Source of the DNA: an uncultured Anaerolineae bacterium
Lineage (GTDB): Bacteria > Chloroflexota > Anaerolineae > JAADDB01
Reading direction: 5' to 3'
NCBI GenBank assembly: GCA_964402285.1
Contig: CAYOAZ010000071.1
Span: 29,209 to 93,208, forward strand
DNA: 64,000 nucleotides
This document shows, piece by piece, positions 39,861 through 49,249 of the stretch. Made by a program: the position numbers and the translations under genes. A model generated the notes under the pieces. The model was not told where the DNA came from and ran no database searches. It saw nothing but the letters and a program-made list of their open reading frames with translations. Every line of letters begins with the position of its first letter. Position 1 is the first letter of the stretch.

Positions 39861-40568
39861 TCAATCCACAAATCGGTACTTGATCAGGGTCCACAGCGCG
39901 CGCAGGCCGTCCTTCCAGGGGTGAATTTTCTTTCCTTCCTCGAAATCACGCCCGCTGTAGGAGATGGGAACTTCAAAGACTCGATATCCTCGTTTAAGGA
40001 CTTTTGCAGTGACTTCGGGTTCAAATTCGAACCCGCGAGCATGGAGAGGGATGTTCTTGATCACATCTGCTCGGAACATTTTGTAGCAGGTTTCCATGTC
40101 TGTGAGGATGGTGTCGTACAGGATGTTGGTAACCAGGTTGAGGAATTTGTTGCCCAGGTAGTGGAGGAACAGGAAGGCCCGGTGGGGGCCCAGAAAACGG
40201 GATCCGTATACCACGTCTGCTTTTCCTTCCACGAGAGGCCGCAACAGTACACTGAATTCGCGGGGGTCATATTCCAGGTCCGCGTCTTGGATGACGATGT
40301 AATCGCCGCTCGCGTGCTCTAATGCTGTGCGGATGGCTGCGCCTTTCCCCTGATTTCGTGGGTGAAGGATAACCTTGATGTCCGGTTGGGTTTCGGCAAT
40401 GTGTTGCAGGATTTCTCTCGTCCCATCTGTGGACCCGTCGTCCACCACGATGATCTCTTTTTCCATGTGTAAGTCTGGGTCCAAGGGTGCTTCGCGGACG
40501 CGACGGATGATTTCCTCAATGGTCTCCCGTTCGTTGTACGCGGGAATGATAACGGTCAACTTTGGCAT
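39861..40568 (-). CDS. GT2 polyprenyl-phosphate sugar synthase (Dpm1/ArnC-like)
   Basis: VIIPAYNE...VVDDGSTDGT...DADL motifs and a C-terminal amphipathic tail; typical approx 235-aa Dpm1-like enzyme. Confidence 0.85.
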   Translation of the reverse strand: MPKLTVIIPAYNERETIEEIIRRVREAPLDPDLHMEKEIIVVDDGSTDGTREILQHIAETQPDIKVILHPRNQGKGAAIRTALEHASGDYIVIQDADLEYDPREFSVLLRPLVEGKADVVYGSRFLGPHRAFLFLHYLGNKFLNLVTNILYDTILTDMETCYKMFRADVIKNIPLHARGFEFEPEVTAKVLKRGYRVFEVPISYSGRDFEEGKKIHPWKDGLRALWTLIKYRFVD

Positions 40569-40760
40569 CGGCCCTCTATCCTCTAATACACGTTGTGATG
40601 TTGAACGGCATCAGTATATCCAAAAGCAGGAGAAGAGGGAAACGCAGGCAAGGGGTGTGGGATGCAGGGGATCCCCTTTGCGCCCCCGCTGTTAGTGCTT
40701 ACCCGACTGCGTGTCCTATCAGGTCAGGTTGTGCCGCGGTTCAACGGGCGGATAGGGCGC

Positions 40761-41312
40761 TCACAACACCGGGAACGCGCTAACAACCAGGGGGACACGT
40801 TGGTTCGCGCGCTTGGGTGCGGATGTCTGGGCCTGTTCCTGGGCCTCTTCCTGCAAGTTCATAACCACGGCAATTTCATCGCAGTGGTGGAATTTGGGAC
40901 AGTACACGCACTCACTCCATATTTTAGGCGACAACTCCCATCGGTCCACCACGTGGAATCCCTGCCGTTCAAAGAATCCTTGTTGCAGCGTGAGCGCGGC
41001 GACCTGCGCGATGCCCTCCTGTCGAGCCACCTCGACCAGGGTGTGCACCAGACGCGCTCCAATCCCTTGTCCCGCGTACTCCCGGGCCACAGCCAGGGAG
41101 CGAATCTCCGCCAGGTCGGGAGAGAGCCGGGCCAAGGCCGCACATCCCACAACCCGACCGTCGGCCTCTGCCACCACCCACGTTTTTAGGGTGCGAAGTA
41201 CTTCCTCAGGGCGCCGCGGAAGCATTAGATTTTCCGCGGCGTACCCGTTGACAATCTCCACAATTGTCGGTATGTCCTCTTCCCGCGCCGGGCGGATGAT
41301 TACCTCTGCCAT
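40761..41312 (-). CDS. GNAT acetyltransferase, short-form N-acetylglutamate synthase-like (ArgA-like)
   Basis: Acetyl-CoA-binding motif AVAREYAGQGIGARLV; located directly downstream of argD. The C-terminal CVYCPKFHHC segment is unusual. Start at MAEVIIRP with a GGGGGG RBS. Confidence 0.6.
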   Translation of the reverse strand: MAEVIIRPAREEDIPTIVEIVNGYAAENLMLPRRPEEVLRTLKTWVVAEADGRVVGCAALARLSPDLAEIRSLAVAREYAGQGIGARLVHTLVEVARQEGIAQVAALTLQQGFFERQGFHVVDRWELSPKIWSECVYCPKFHHCDEIAVVMNLQEEAQEQAQTSAPKRANQRVPLVVSAFPVL

Positions 41313-41417
41313 TGTTGTGCCCCCCAAGAAGTTGAAAGTTACCAAGGGATTGTGGGAAGGAAAGCGCACACAAAGTCGCGTTAGCGCTTAGCCACGCCCT
41401 CCTCCGACATTTAATAC

Positions 41418-42608
41418 TCAGCCCGCCGATGCCTTCAGTGTTTGGACAAAGCGATCCACGGCTTCATCCACCTCTTCCTTCGAGATGATGAGGGGTGGAA
41501 CCATGCGGATAACGTTTGGTCCCGCGTTGACCAGCACCAATCCGTGGTCCAGGGAAGCCTGTACCACGGGCCGAACATCCACGCTCATCTCGATCCCCAC
41601 CATGAGGCCTCGACCTCGAATGTCCACAATGCGTGGGTCCTCAATGTCGCGCAAGCGAGCCATCAAGTGCTCCCCCACCTCGCGCACGTGATCCAGGAAG
41701 TCCTTATCGCTTAGTCGCGAGACCACATACTCGCCCACAGCGCTCACGACCGCGCCCCCGCCGAAGGTCGTCGCGTGGTCACCGGGCTCCATGACCTGAG
41801 CCACTTTGTCCGTGACCAGCACCGCGCCCATGGGGAGTCCTCCGGCCAGTGGCTTTGCCACGGTTAGAATGTCCGGGGTGACACCGTATTGTTCGTGGGC
41901 CCACAATGTGCCGGTGCGGGCCAGGCCACACTGGACTTCATCGAATACCAGCAGCGCGTCCACTTCCTGGGTGATCTCGCGCAGCGCGTGCAGGAAGGCT
42001 TCCTCCGCGGGTCGGATTCCCCCCTCGCCCTGGATGGGTTCCACAAACACCGCGGCCACATCCTCAGTAATCCCCTCCCGCGCGGCAGCAATGTCATTGA
42101 AGGGAAGAATGCGCACATGGGGCATTAGAGGACGGTAAGGATCCTGGTAGTGGGGGCGTGGGGTGATCGCCAGAGCCCCAAAGGTGCGGCCGTGGAATGC
42201 TCCCTCAAAGGCGACAATCGTGGTCTTTCCCTCACCGTGGTGGGTGCGGGCGTACTTGCGGGAGAATTTAATGGCTGCCTCATTGGCCTCTGCCCCTGAG
42301 TTGCAGAAAAACACCTTGTCCGCGAAGGAATGTTCGCAGAGCAGCCGGGCCAGGCGCACGTGGGGCTCCGTGTGGTACAGGTTGGAAACGTGAATCAACT
42401 TCCGGGCCTGATCGGCCATGATACGGGGTATATCCTCATTGCCGTAGCCCAGGGCATTTACTGCAATGCCCGCGACCAGGTCCAGGTACGCGTTCCCCTC
42501 GGAATCGTAAAGCCACACTCCTTTCCCGTGGGTGAATACCACAGGCGGTCGGACGTAGGTGCCCAGCACGTAGGCGTGTTCCCACTGAATCACAGTTTGC
42601 GCGTCCAT
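41418..42608 (-). CDS. argD: Acetylornithine aminotransferase
   Basis: Class III aminotransferase; PLP-lysine region (DEVQCGLARTG) and LCEHSFADKVFFCNSGAEANEAA. Confidence 0.9.
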   Translation of the reverse strand: MDAQTVIQWEHAYVLGTYVRPPVVFTHGKGVWLYDSEGNAYLDLVAGIAVNALGYGNEDIPRIMADQARKLIHVSNLYHTEPHVRLARLLCEHSFADKVFFCNSGAEANEAAIKFSRKYARTHHGEGKTTIVAFEGAFHGRTFGALAITPRPHYQDPYRPLMPHVRILPFNDIAAAREGITEDVAAVFVEPIQGEGGIRPAEEAFLHALREITQEVDALLVFDEVQCGLARTGTLWAHEQYGVTPDILTVAKPLAGGLPMGAVLVTDKVAQVMEPGDHATTFGGGAVVSAVGEYVVSRLSDKDFLDHVREVGEHLMARLRDIEDPRIVDIRGRGLMVGIEMSVDVRPVVQASLDHGLVLVNAGPNVIRMVPPLIISKEEVDEAVDRFVQTLKASAG

Positions 42609-42623
42609 TGTAACGGCCTCTCC

Positions 42624-43376
42624 TCAATGGGTTTTCAAAATGGTCGTGCCACCCCCGGTGGCCAGACCGTCCAAATTCGTGATAACCGCGGCGCGAACCC
42701 CGGTTTCTACCGCGGTGATAGCGGATCGAACCTTGGGTATCATTCCCCCGTGAATGTGACCTTCCCTGATCCACGTTTCAGCCTGGTGAACGCTCAGGGT
42801 GGCAACAGGTTGCCCGTCGATGACCACTCCCGGCACATCGCTGATAAAGTACAAGCGATCCGCGTGTAGGGCCGCGGCCACGGCACGGGCCACATGGTCC
42901 GCGTTCACGTTATATGTGAGAAAGTCCTGTCCCAGGGAAACCGGCGCGATCACCGGCGTGAACCCCGCGTCCAGCAACGCGAGCAGCAGCGCGACGTGCA
43001 CTTCCTGCACTTCGCCCACCCGACCCAGATCACCGTGGGGGTGCTGCATCTTTGTCACTCGAACCAATCCCCCGTCCACACCACTAAGTCCTACCGCGTT
43101 CACACCGGCCTGTAACAGTAATGCCACCAAACGCTTGTTCACCAACCCCGCGAGTACGGCTTCGACCACTTCCAGGGACGCTTCATCTGTAACTCGCAGT
43201 CCCTCCACGTAGTGGGGTACCAGACCCAGGCGTTCCTGCCACGCCTGGATGGTCTTCCCACCGCCGTGGATTATGACCACCGGCTGTTCCTGGCGTATTC
43301 GGGCCACAGTTTGGGCCAGCGCGTCCAGGAACATGGCATCGTCCAACTGTCGTCCGCCGATTTTCAGTACGTACAT
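42624..43376 (-). CDS. argB: Acetylglutamate kinase
   Basis: Amino-acid kinase family, VVIHGGG and GQDFLTYNVNADHVA motifs. Confidence 0.85.
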   Translation of the reverse strand: MYVLKIGGRQLDDAMFLDALAQTVARIRQEQPVVIIHGGGKTIQAWQERLGLVPHYVEGLRVTDEASLEVVEAVLAGLVNKRLVALLLQAGVNAVGLSGVDGGLVRVTKMQHPHGDLGRVGEVQEVHVALLLALLDAGFTPVIAPVSLGQDFLTYNVNADHVARAVAAALHADRLYFISDVPGVVIDGQPVATLSVHQAETWIREGHIHGGMIPKVRSAITAVETGVRAAVITNLDGLATGGGTTILKTH

Positions 43377-43455
43377 GGTTGCAACCCGCTTTCAAAGGTG
43401 ATAATGAACGTCTGGTTGTCTTTTCCGTTCTGGGTGTAAATGGGCCGTTGGGGAC

Positions 43456-44484
43456 CTAAACCAGTCCCTCTGTTTCCTCAAAGCCCAGCATGATGTTCAT
43501 GTTCTGGACGGCCTGGCCGGACGCGCCCTTGAGTAAGTTATCAATACTGCTGGTGATGATCCAGCGGCGTCCTCGGTCCGGTACCAGGCCGATGGTGCAC
43601 AGATTTGTGTACTGGGTGTGACGCAGGGTGGCTACTTCTCCCAGTGGCAGCAAGTGAATAAAAGGCTCGTCCTGATAGGTCTCCGCGTACAGGGTGTGTA
43701 CGGTGTCGGGACTTATTTCCTGCTTCAATGTCACATAAATTGTGGAAAGGATTCCCCGGTTTACGGGGAGTAGGTGGGGGGAGAAGGTGATGTCCGGCGC
43801 TCCCGGTCCGGTCCACGCGTCCCCCAGCACTAATTCCATCTCTGCAATGTGACGGTGTGTGTAACCGATGCTGTACGGACTCATGTTCTCGTTCGCTTCC
43901 ACGAAATGGGTGGTGAGTTTGAGTTTGCGCCCCGCGCCCGACACTCCGGACTTGCTGTCCACAATGATGTGGGGTTCCAGCAAGCCGGCCTGGGCCAGGG
44001 GGTACAAGGCTAAATTCACTGAGGTGGGATAGCATCCCGGATTCGCGACCAACCGCGCGCTTCGAATACGTTCCCGGTAGATCTCCGGCAGGCCGTACAC
44101 TGCCTGAGGCAGTAAGTCCGTGGCCTGGTGTGGCGTGTGGTACCACTGTTCGTACACTGTGGGATCGGGCAGACGGAAATCCGCGCTCAGGTCAATCACG
44201 TAACTTCCCGCTTCATAGGCACGGCGAACCGCGGGCATAGAAGCCGCGTGCGGAAGGCAGAGGAAAACTACTTCATCCCCGTGCAAGGTGATTTCCTCCC
44301 ACGATTGGAGCACGTCGTCGTAGGGGCAGGGGTGTACTTGCGAGAGTCGCTGTCCTGTATATGTTTCCGATGTGACCCAGGCAATTTCCGTGTGGGGATG
44401 GTGTTTGAGCAAGCGCACCAGTTCCATGCCGGTGTACCCGGTCGCGCCCACAATGCCTACCCGCACCGTGTTGTGATTGTTCAT
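43456..44484 (-). CDS. argC: N-acetyl-gamma-glutamyl-phosphate reductase
   Basis: VGIVGATGYTG NAD-binding motif and a catalytic Cys region (NPGCYPTS). Start at MNNHNTVRV with a GGAGGG RBS. Confidence 0.9.
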   Translation of the reverse strand: MNNHNTVRVGIVGATGYTGMELVRLLKHHPHTEIAWVTSETYTGQRLSQVHPCPYDDVLQSWEEITLHGDEVVFLCLPHAASMPAVRRAYEAGSYVIDLSADFRLPDPTVYEQWYHTPHQATDLLPQAVYGLPEIYRERIRSARLVANPGCYPTSVNLALYPLAQAGLLEPHIIVDSKSGVSGAGRKLKLTTHFVEANENMSPYSIGYTHRHIAEMELVLGDAWTGPGAPDITFSPHLLPVNRGILSTIYVTLKQEISPDTVHTLYAETYQDEPFIHLLPLGEVATLRHTQYTNLCTIGLVPDRGRRWIITSSIDNLLKGASGQAVQNMNIMLGFEETEGLV

Positions 44485-44560
44485 CCGTTCCCTCCGGTCA
44501 TCCACGAACTCAGCAACCGGGTGGGCGGTTGCTGGTTTTTCTGGGAGGTCTTTGGGTATT

Positions 44561-44589
44561 AATAAAAAAGCCCCTCCGTCTGGAGGGGC
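44561..44589 (-). terminator. Intrinsic terminator-like hairpin plus U-tract in the leader about 75 nt upstream of argC (candidate attenuator or expression platform)
   Basis: Minus-strand reading: GCCCCTCC-agac-GGAGGGGC followed by TTTTTTATT. It lies between a structured approx 250-nt untranslated region and the argC start. Confidence 0.45.
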
Positions 44590-44855
44590 TTGCGTTCACT
44601 TTCGCCTTTGAAAGGTACCACGCGCGTGCCGCCCAGACGGGCTAACCGTCCGTCTTCCCCTGAGGGCTCCTAGGGCTAGGGCGAAACGCGCGCACGAAAT
44701 GCATCATTCACTGCCTCATCATACGTTGAGTTGGCACACAGTATATCCAGTTGGCCCAGGTTTGTCAAAAATCGCTTCAGAGGAATGTATTCTTCGCAAT
44801 CTCCGATTCCTTTGTTATACTTCAGTGCTCATATTGAGTCACAGGGGAGGAAGAC

Positions 44856-46349
44856 GTGCCTCTTATAGCGTTTGTGTACACGATTGCCGCACTGGCTTTG
44901 GCCGTTTATGGGAGCAATTCCCTTTTCCTGGCGATCGTGCACGTGTTCACCCGCCCCCGTGATCCCGACCTTCCCCCCGCGCCGACAGAGTGGCCCCGGG
45001 TGACTGTGCAGATTCCCATATACAATGAAGTGCACGTGGCTCCACGCGTTATTCAGGCCGTGGCTGCTTTGGACTATCCTGCGGACCGGCTGGAAATACA
45101 GGTTCTCGATGACTCGGATGATGAAACATCCCGCGTGGTGGACCGCCTTGTGCGGCGTCTGCGCGCGCAAGGTGTCCGTATTTATCACCTGCGTCGTGAG
45201 GACCGCGTAGGGTATAAAGCGGGCGCGTTGGCCTATGGCCTGAGCCACGCGCGCGGGGAGTATATTGCCATCTTTGACGCGGACTTTGTTCCCCCGCGAG
45301 ATTGGCTGCGCCGTACAGTGCCGTACCTGGCCGTGAACCCTCGGTTGGGTTTTGTGCAGACTCGTTGGGAGCACTTGAACGCGCGCGCGTCGTCTGTAAC
45401 CCTGGCCCAGAGTTTAGCCCTGGACGGCCACTTTGGCGTGGAACAACCTGCTCGCTCACGGCTGGGATGGCCGGTGGTGTTCAACGGCAGCGCGGGTTTG
45501 TGGCGACGGTCGTGTATTGTGGACAGTGGGGGGTGGCACGCGGACACTGTGTGTGAGGATCTGGATCTTTCCTATCGGGCTGCCATGCGGGGGTGGAAGG
45601 GCATGATTCTGACTCAGGTAACCGCGGCCGGGGAAGTTCCCCCTTCTGTGGAAGCGTTTCGGAGGCAGCAATCTCGCTGGGCCACTGGATCCATTCAGAC
45701 GTTGCGCAAACACGTGGGGGCGTGGTTTCGTGCTCCTTTGCCCTGGCCGGCACGGCTGGAAGGTTTCGTTCACATGAGCAATTACCTGGTTCACCCGTTC
45801 ATGCTCATTCTCTTCCTGTTGACTTTGCCCATGATGTTTATCCGGGAGCACGTGCTGTGGCCTTTGACCTATTTGAGTTTGGCCAGTTTAGGCCCTCCTC
45901 TGGTGTACACGTGGGCTCAGTGGCAACTGCGCGGTCATGGGCGTCGGTTGCGGGCATTGCCTTTGTTGGCGTTTCTGGGATTGGGGATAGCGTGGACAGG
46001 GTCCAAGGCTGTGTGGCAGGGTCTGCGCGGCCACTCAACACCGTTTGTACGCACTCCCAAGTTCCGCCTGGTGGGAAGGGACAATCACTGGCGGGGAAAA
46101 CGTTATGACCGGGAGCACGAGGATACACCCTTGGGGGAGTTCTTGTTGGGAGTTTATGCCCTGTTCACACTGGGGGTTGCAGTTCACATGAGGAATTGGT
46201 GGGCTGTACCTTTTATTTTCCTGTACGCGGCAGGGTTCATTACGGTGGGAGGACGTATTTTGTGGGAGCGCGGGGGGCGGAAGTCGGGAGGAGTACGGGT
46301 GTTGCCCAAGTCCCCGCTGCTTCACCCATCACCGGGGCAAAGGGAATAG
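44856..46349 (+). CDS. GT2 processive beta-glycosyltransferase (cellulose synthase/NodC/HasA-like) with multiple C-terminal TM helices
   Basis: DDSDD, DAD(F) and Q(Q)xRW (QQSRWA) motifs of processive GT2 enzymes; N- and C-terminal TM segments. Confidence 0.8.
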   Translation: MPLIAFVYTIAALALAVYGSNSLFLAIVHVFTRPRDPDLPPAPTEWPRVTVQIPIYNEVHVAPRVIQAVAALDYPADRLEIQVLDDSDDETSRVVDRLVRRLRAQGVRIYHLRREDRVGYKAGALAYGLSHARGEYIAIFDADFVPPRDWLRRTVPYLAVNPRLGFVQTRWEHLNARASSVTLAQSLALDGHFGVEQPARSRLGWPVVFNGSAGLWRRSCIVDSGGWHADTVCEDLDLSYRAAMRGWKGMILTQVTAAGEVPPSVEAFRRQQSRWATGSIQTLRKHVGAWFRAPLPWPARLEGFVHMSNYLVHPFMLILFLLTLPMMFIREHVLWPLTYLSLASLGPPLVYTWAQWQLRGHGRRLRALPLLAFLGLGIAWTGSKAVWQGLRGHSTPFVRTPKFRLVGRDNHWRGKRYDREHEDTPLGEFLLGVYALFTLGVAVHMRNWWAVPFIFLYAAGFITVGGRILWERGGRKSGGVRVLPKSPLLHPSPGQRE

Positions 46350-46533
46350 CGCGGCGCGCTCTTCTGAAGTTTTCCACATGTTCTCCGGGAAGTATAATGC
46401 CGGTATACATGGGTGCACTTCAGGGGCGCACATCATAAGTGGACCAAAGCGCGCGATGTCTTGACATGGCGAAAGGGTGTGCTGCATTCACGGTCGGGCG
46501 AACACGCCAAGGTCCTGCACGAGGGGGAGGAGC

Positions 46534-47517
46534 ATGGCAAGGCCGGAGGACAAAATTCGGGTCAGTGTGGGGGTGACCGCCCACAACGAGGAAGCCAACA
46601 TCGGACGGCTGTTGGACGCTCTCATCAATCAACACCTGCACGAGGTGGAGATCACGGAGATCATTGTGGTGGCCAGCGGGTGCACGGACCGCACCGAGGA
46701 CATTGTGCGGGAGTACATGAAGAAAGACCCGCGCATTAAATTGCTGGTCCAGGAGCGTCGCGAGGGGAAGACATCGGCCATTAACCTCTTCCTGAAGCAC
46801 GCGAAAGAGGACATATGTGTGTTGGAAAGTGGGGATACCCTTCCTCACGAGAGTGCCATTGAGCATCTGGTGCGCATGTTTCGGGATCCCAAGGTGGGAA
46901 TGACTGGCGCGCATAAAGTCCCGGTGAACACGCCCGACCACATTGCCGGGCTCCTCACTCACTTGCGATTGCGATTAGAACACCAATTGTGTCTGGAGAT
47001 CCCCCGCCTGGGGGAGTTAATCGCGTTCCGCAAGGTGTTTGATCAGATTCCACCGGATGTGTCCATGGATGAGGCGTTCGTGGAGGCGTTGGTGGTGCAG
47101 CGAGGGTTACAGGTGCGTTACGCGCCCGATGCCATTGTGTACAACACCGGTCCCACCAGTTTGCGGGATTTTGTGAAACAGCGCCGGCGCAATCATGCGG
47201 GTCATCTGTACCTGAAGCACAAATACGGGTACAAGGTATCCAGTTTGCAGAACACTCGGGTGCTGAAAATCGCGCTCAAGGAGATCTGGGGCGCGCTGCG
47301 CTTCATTTATATGCTGTTTCTGCTGGGCGCTCTGGAGGCTTGGGCTCGGTTTTTGGGTTGGTACGATTTTGTCATTCGCAAGGAGCGATATGAGGTGTGG
47401 GATATGGCCTGGTCCCAGAAGGCGGATGTGGCCGAGGAAAAGAAGCGTTTAGAGAAGGCGCTCCTCTCTACCCCGTTGGTTGACCCCACTGTTGTGCCGC
47501 CCAATGAAAGGCAGTGA
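46534..47517 (+). CDS. Glycosyltransferase family 2 protein
   Basis: GT-A fold motifs (VSVGVTAHNEEANI, VVASGCTD). Start at MARPEDK with a GGGGAGGAG RBS. Confidence 0.75.
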   Translation: MARPEDKIRVSVGVTAHNEEANIGRLLDALINQHLHEVEITEIIVVASGCTDRTEDIVREYMKKDPRIKLLVQERREGKTSAINLFLKHAKEDICVLESGDTLPHESAIEHLVRMFRDPKVGMTGAHKVPVNTPDHIAGLLTHLRLRLEHQLCLEIPRLGELIAFRKVFDQIPPDVSMDEAFVEALVVQRGLQVRYAPDAIVYNTGPTSLRDFVKQRRRNHAGHLYLKHKYGYKVSSLQNTRVLKIALKEIWGALRFIYMLFLLGALEAWARFLGWYDFVIRKERYEVWDMAWSQKADVAEEKKRLEKALLSTPLVDPTVVPPNERQ

Positions 47518-48496
47518 CGTGAAAGATCGGCTGTTCTTTCTTCTGAAGGTGCTGGTAAGCGTTGGCTTGCTTATCTACCTGATTCACCGCATCGGTGGAG
47601 GGACTCACCTCCTGGACTTGCTCCAGAACGCTCATGGTCTGTATGTGGGGATGGCGCTGGTTTTCTACCTGGCCGCGGTTTCGCTGAGCAGTGGGAAGTG
47701 GGCTGTCCTTCTCCGGGCGCAGGGAATTGTGGTACCCTTCCACCGTCTGGTGGCATATACGTTTATGGGCGCGTTTTTCAACAACTTCCTGCCGGCCAAT
47801 GTTGGCGGGGACGTGATGCGGGGCTATGGGCTCGCCCGCCACACGGATCACACCACAGATGCCGCGGTTTCTGTGATCATGGATCGGTTGGTCGGCTTAC
47901 TCGCGTTTTTGACGGCAGCAGTTGTCGCGGGCACGGTGATCGTGGCGGGACGCCGTGGCCCGGTGGGCATGGATGAACAGGCCCTGGCCAATGTGCGCGC
48001 GTTGACGATCCTGGCCTGGGGAGGTGAGATCGTTCTTGGAGTGGGGTTGGCCCTTCTTTTAAGCCGACGCACAAAGCGATGGGTGGGGGCTTACTTACAG
48101 TACATCCCCTTTCTCAAGCGGGGTGTCCCCCTGTTGCAACGGGTTGCTCAGGCGGTTAACGCGTATCGCCACGCGTACGTCAGCATTTTGGTGGGGATGA
48201 TGATTTCCTGGACGGTTTTGCTTTTGACGGCTGTTGAGAATTGGTTGCTCGTGCAGTCTCTGGCCCCTGGCCAGGTGCCTTTTATTTACCTGGTTCTCTT
48301 CAACCCGTTAATCGCGTTTGCCCTGCTTATTCCTCTGTCCGTGGGGGGGCTTGGCATCGGCCAGAGTGCTTATGTGTTTTTCTTTGGCCTGATCGGTGTT
48401 CCCCCCGCGCTGTCCCTGGCAATCTCCCTCCTGCACCAGGCGATTGTGTACCTGGCGAGTGTCCCCGGTGCGTTGTTGTGGCTTCAGCAACGATAG
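47504..48496 (+). CDS. UPF0104/flippase-like membrane protein (lysylphosphatidylglycerol-synthase TM-region-like)
   Basis: 8 TM helices with the conserved FFNNFLPANVGGDVMRGY segment. Start overlaps the upstream GT2 stop. Confidence 0.65.
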   Translation: MKGSDVKDRLFFLLKVLVSVGLLIYLIHRIGGGTHLLDLLQNAHGLYVGMALVFYLAAVSLSSGKWAVLLRAQGIVVPFHRLVAYTFMGAFFNNFLPANVGGDVMRGYGLARHTDHTTDAAVSVIMDRLVGLLAFLTAAVVAGTVIVAGRRGPVGMDEQALANVRALTILAWGGEIVLGVGLALLLSRRTKRWVGAYLQYIPFLKRGVPLLQRVAQAVNAYRHAYVSILVGMMISWTVLLLTAVENWLLVQSLAPGQVPFIYLVLFNPLIAFALLIPLSVGGLGIGQSAYVFFFGLIGVPPALSLAISLLHQAIVYLASVPGALLWLQQR

Positions 48497-48553
48497 GGGG
48501 ACGTGGGGCGGGGAGAAAGGGCGGGCCCAGGAATAGCCCGGGTTTTCCCTGAC

Positions 48554-49249
48554 TTAATTGCGGGAGAGATATCCGGTGGGCCCCAGGCGCAGTTCGTTCT
48601 CCCTGTCCTGTGTGCGTTCGATAAAGCGCAGTAGGCTCATTTCCCGTTGGAGAATGCGGATTTCTGCCTTGAGCATGTCCGCGATGTCCCACCGCGTCAA
48701 CAGGTGTTGTCGATCCTGCACGCTGGTGCGGAGTGAGGAAGCGACGTAGAACGCGATGTCCGGCGCGTGGGTGGGCATATCTTGGGTGGAAATGTTCAAG
48801 CCGACGACTTCCTTCAAACGAGTTACATAGTGGTCCCACAGTTCCCGCACCTTCATGGACAGTGCGTACGTGCGAGGGGTTTCCTCCCAGTGTTCGGCGA
48901 TAACTTCCACATGGGCTTGCAGGTAGGGTTGTTGGCGGTTGAGTTCCCGCACGCGAAAACGTCGCGTTCCCTGGGCCATGATGTGGAGTGTTCCATCCTC
49001 CACGCGTTCCATGCGGACCACCCGGGCTAATGTGCCCGCGTCGTGGGGAACAGCCCCGCCGCCGACCTCTGAACCCCGGGCTATGAGGACAACGCCGAAT
49101 TCCTCGCGGGTGTTCAGCACACGGTCGAACATGCGCAGGTATCGGGGTTCAAACACTCGCAAGGGTAACATCATGCCCGGGAACAGGACTGTGTGTAAGG
49201 GGAACAGTGGTACATTGCGTCGAATTTCCACCGAAGCCTTCTCCGTCAT
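48554..49249 (-). CDS. LON N-terminal (substrate-binding) domain protein, stand-alone
   Basis: 231 aa matching the Lon N-domain (VPLFPLHTVLFPGMMLPLRVFEPRYLRM) with no AAA+ or protease domains. Confidence 0.75.
   Translation of the reverse strand: MTEKASVEIRRNVPLFPLHTVLFPGMMLPLRVFEPRYLRMFDRVLNTREEFGVVLIARGSEVGGGAVPHDAGTLARVVRMERVEDGTLHIMAQGTRRFRVRELNRQQPYLQAHVEVIAEHWEETPRTYALSMKVRELWDHYVTRLKEVVGLNISTQDMPTHAPDIAFYVASSLRTSVQDRQHLLTRWDIADMLKAEIRILQREMSLLRFIERTQDRENELRLGPTGYLSRN

Noticed and set aside
40666-40677. 12-nt perfect palindrome AGGGGATCCCCT
   Set aside because: It has no loop for an RNA hairpin, and a lone short palindrome could occur by chance in GC-rich DNA.
44600-44680. T-box element upstream of argC
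   Set aside because: Only GUGGUACC is shared with the T-box consensus, the flanking AGGGUGG...CCGCG context is absent, and it was not called.
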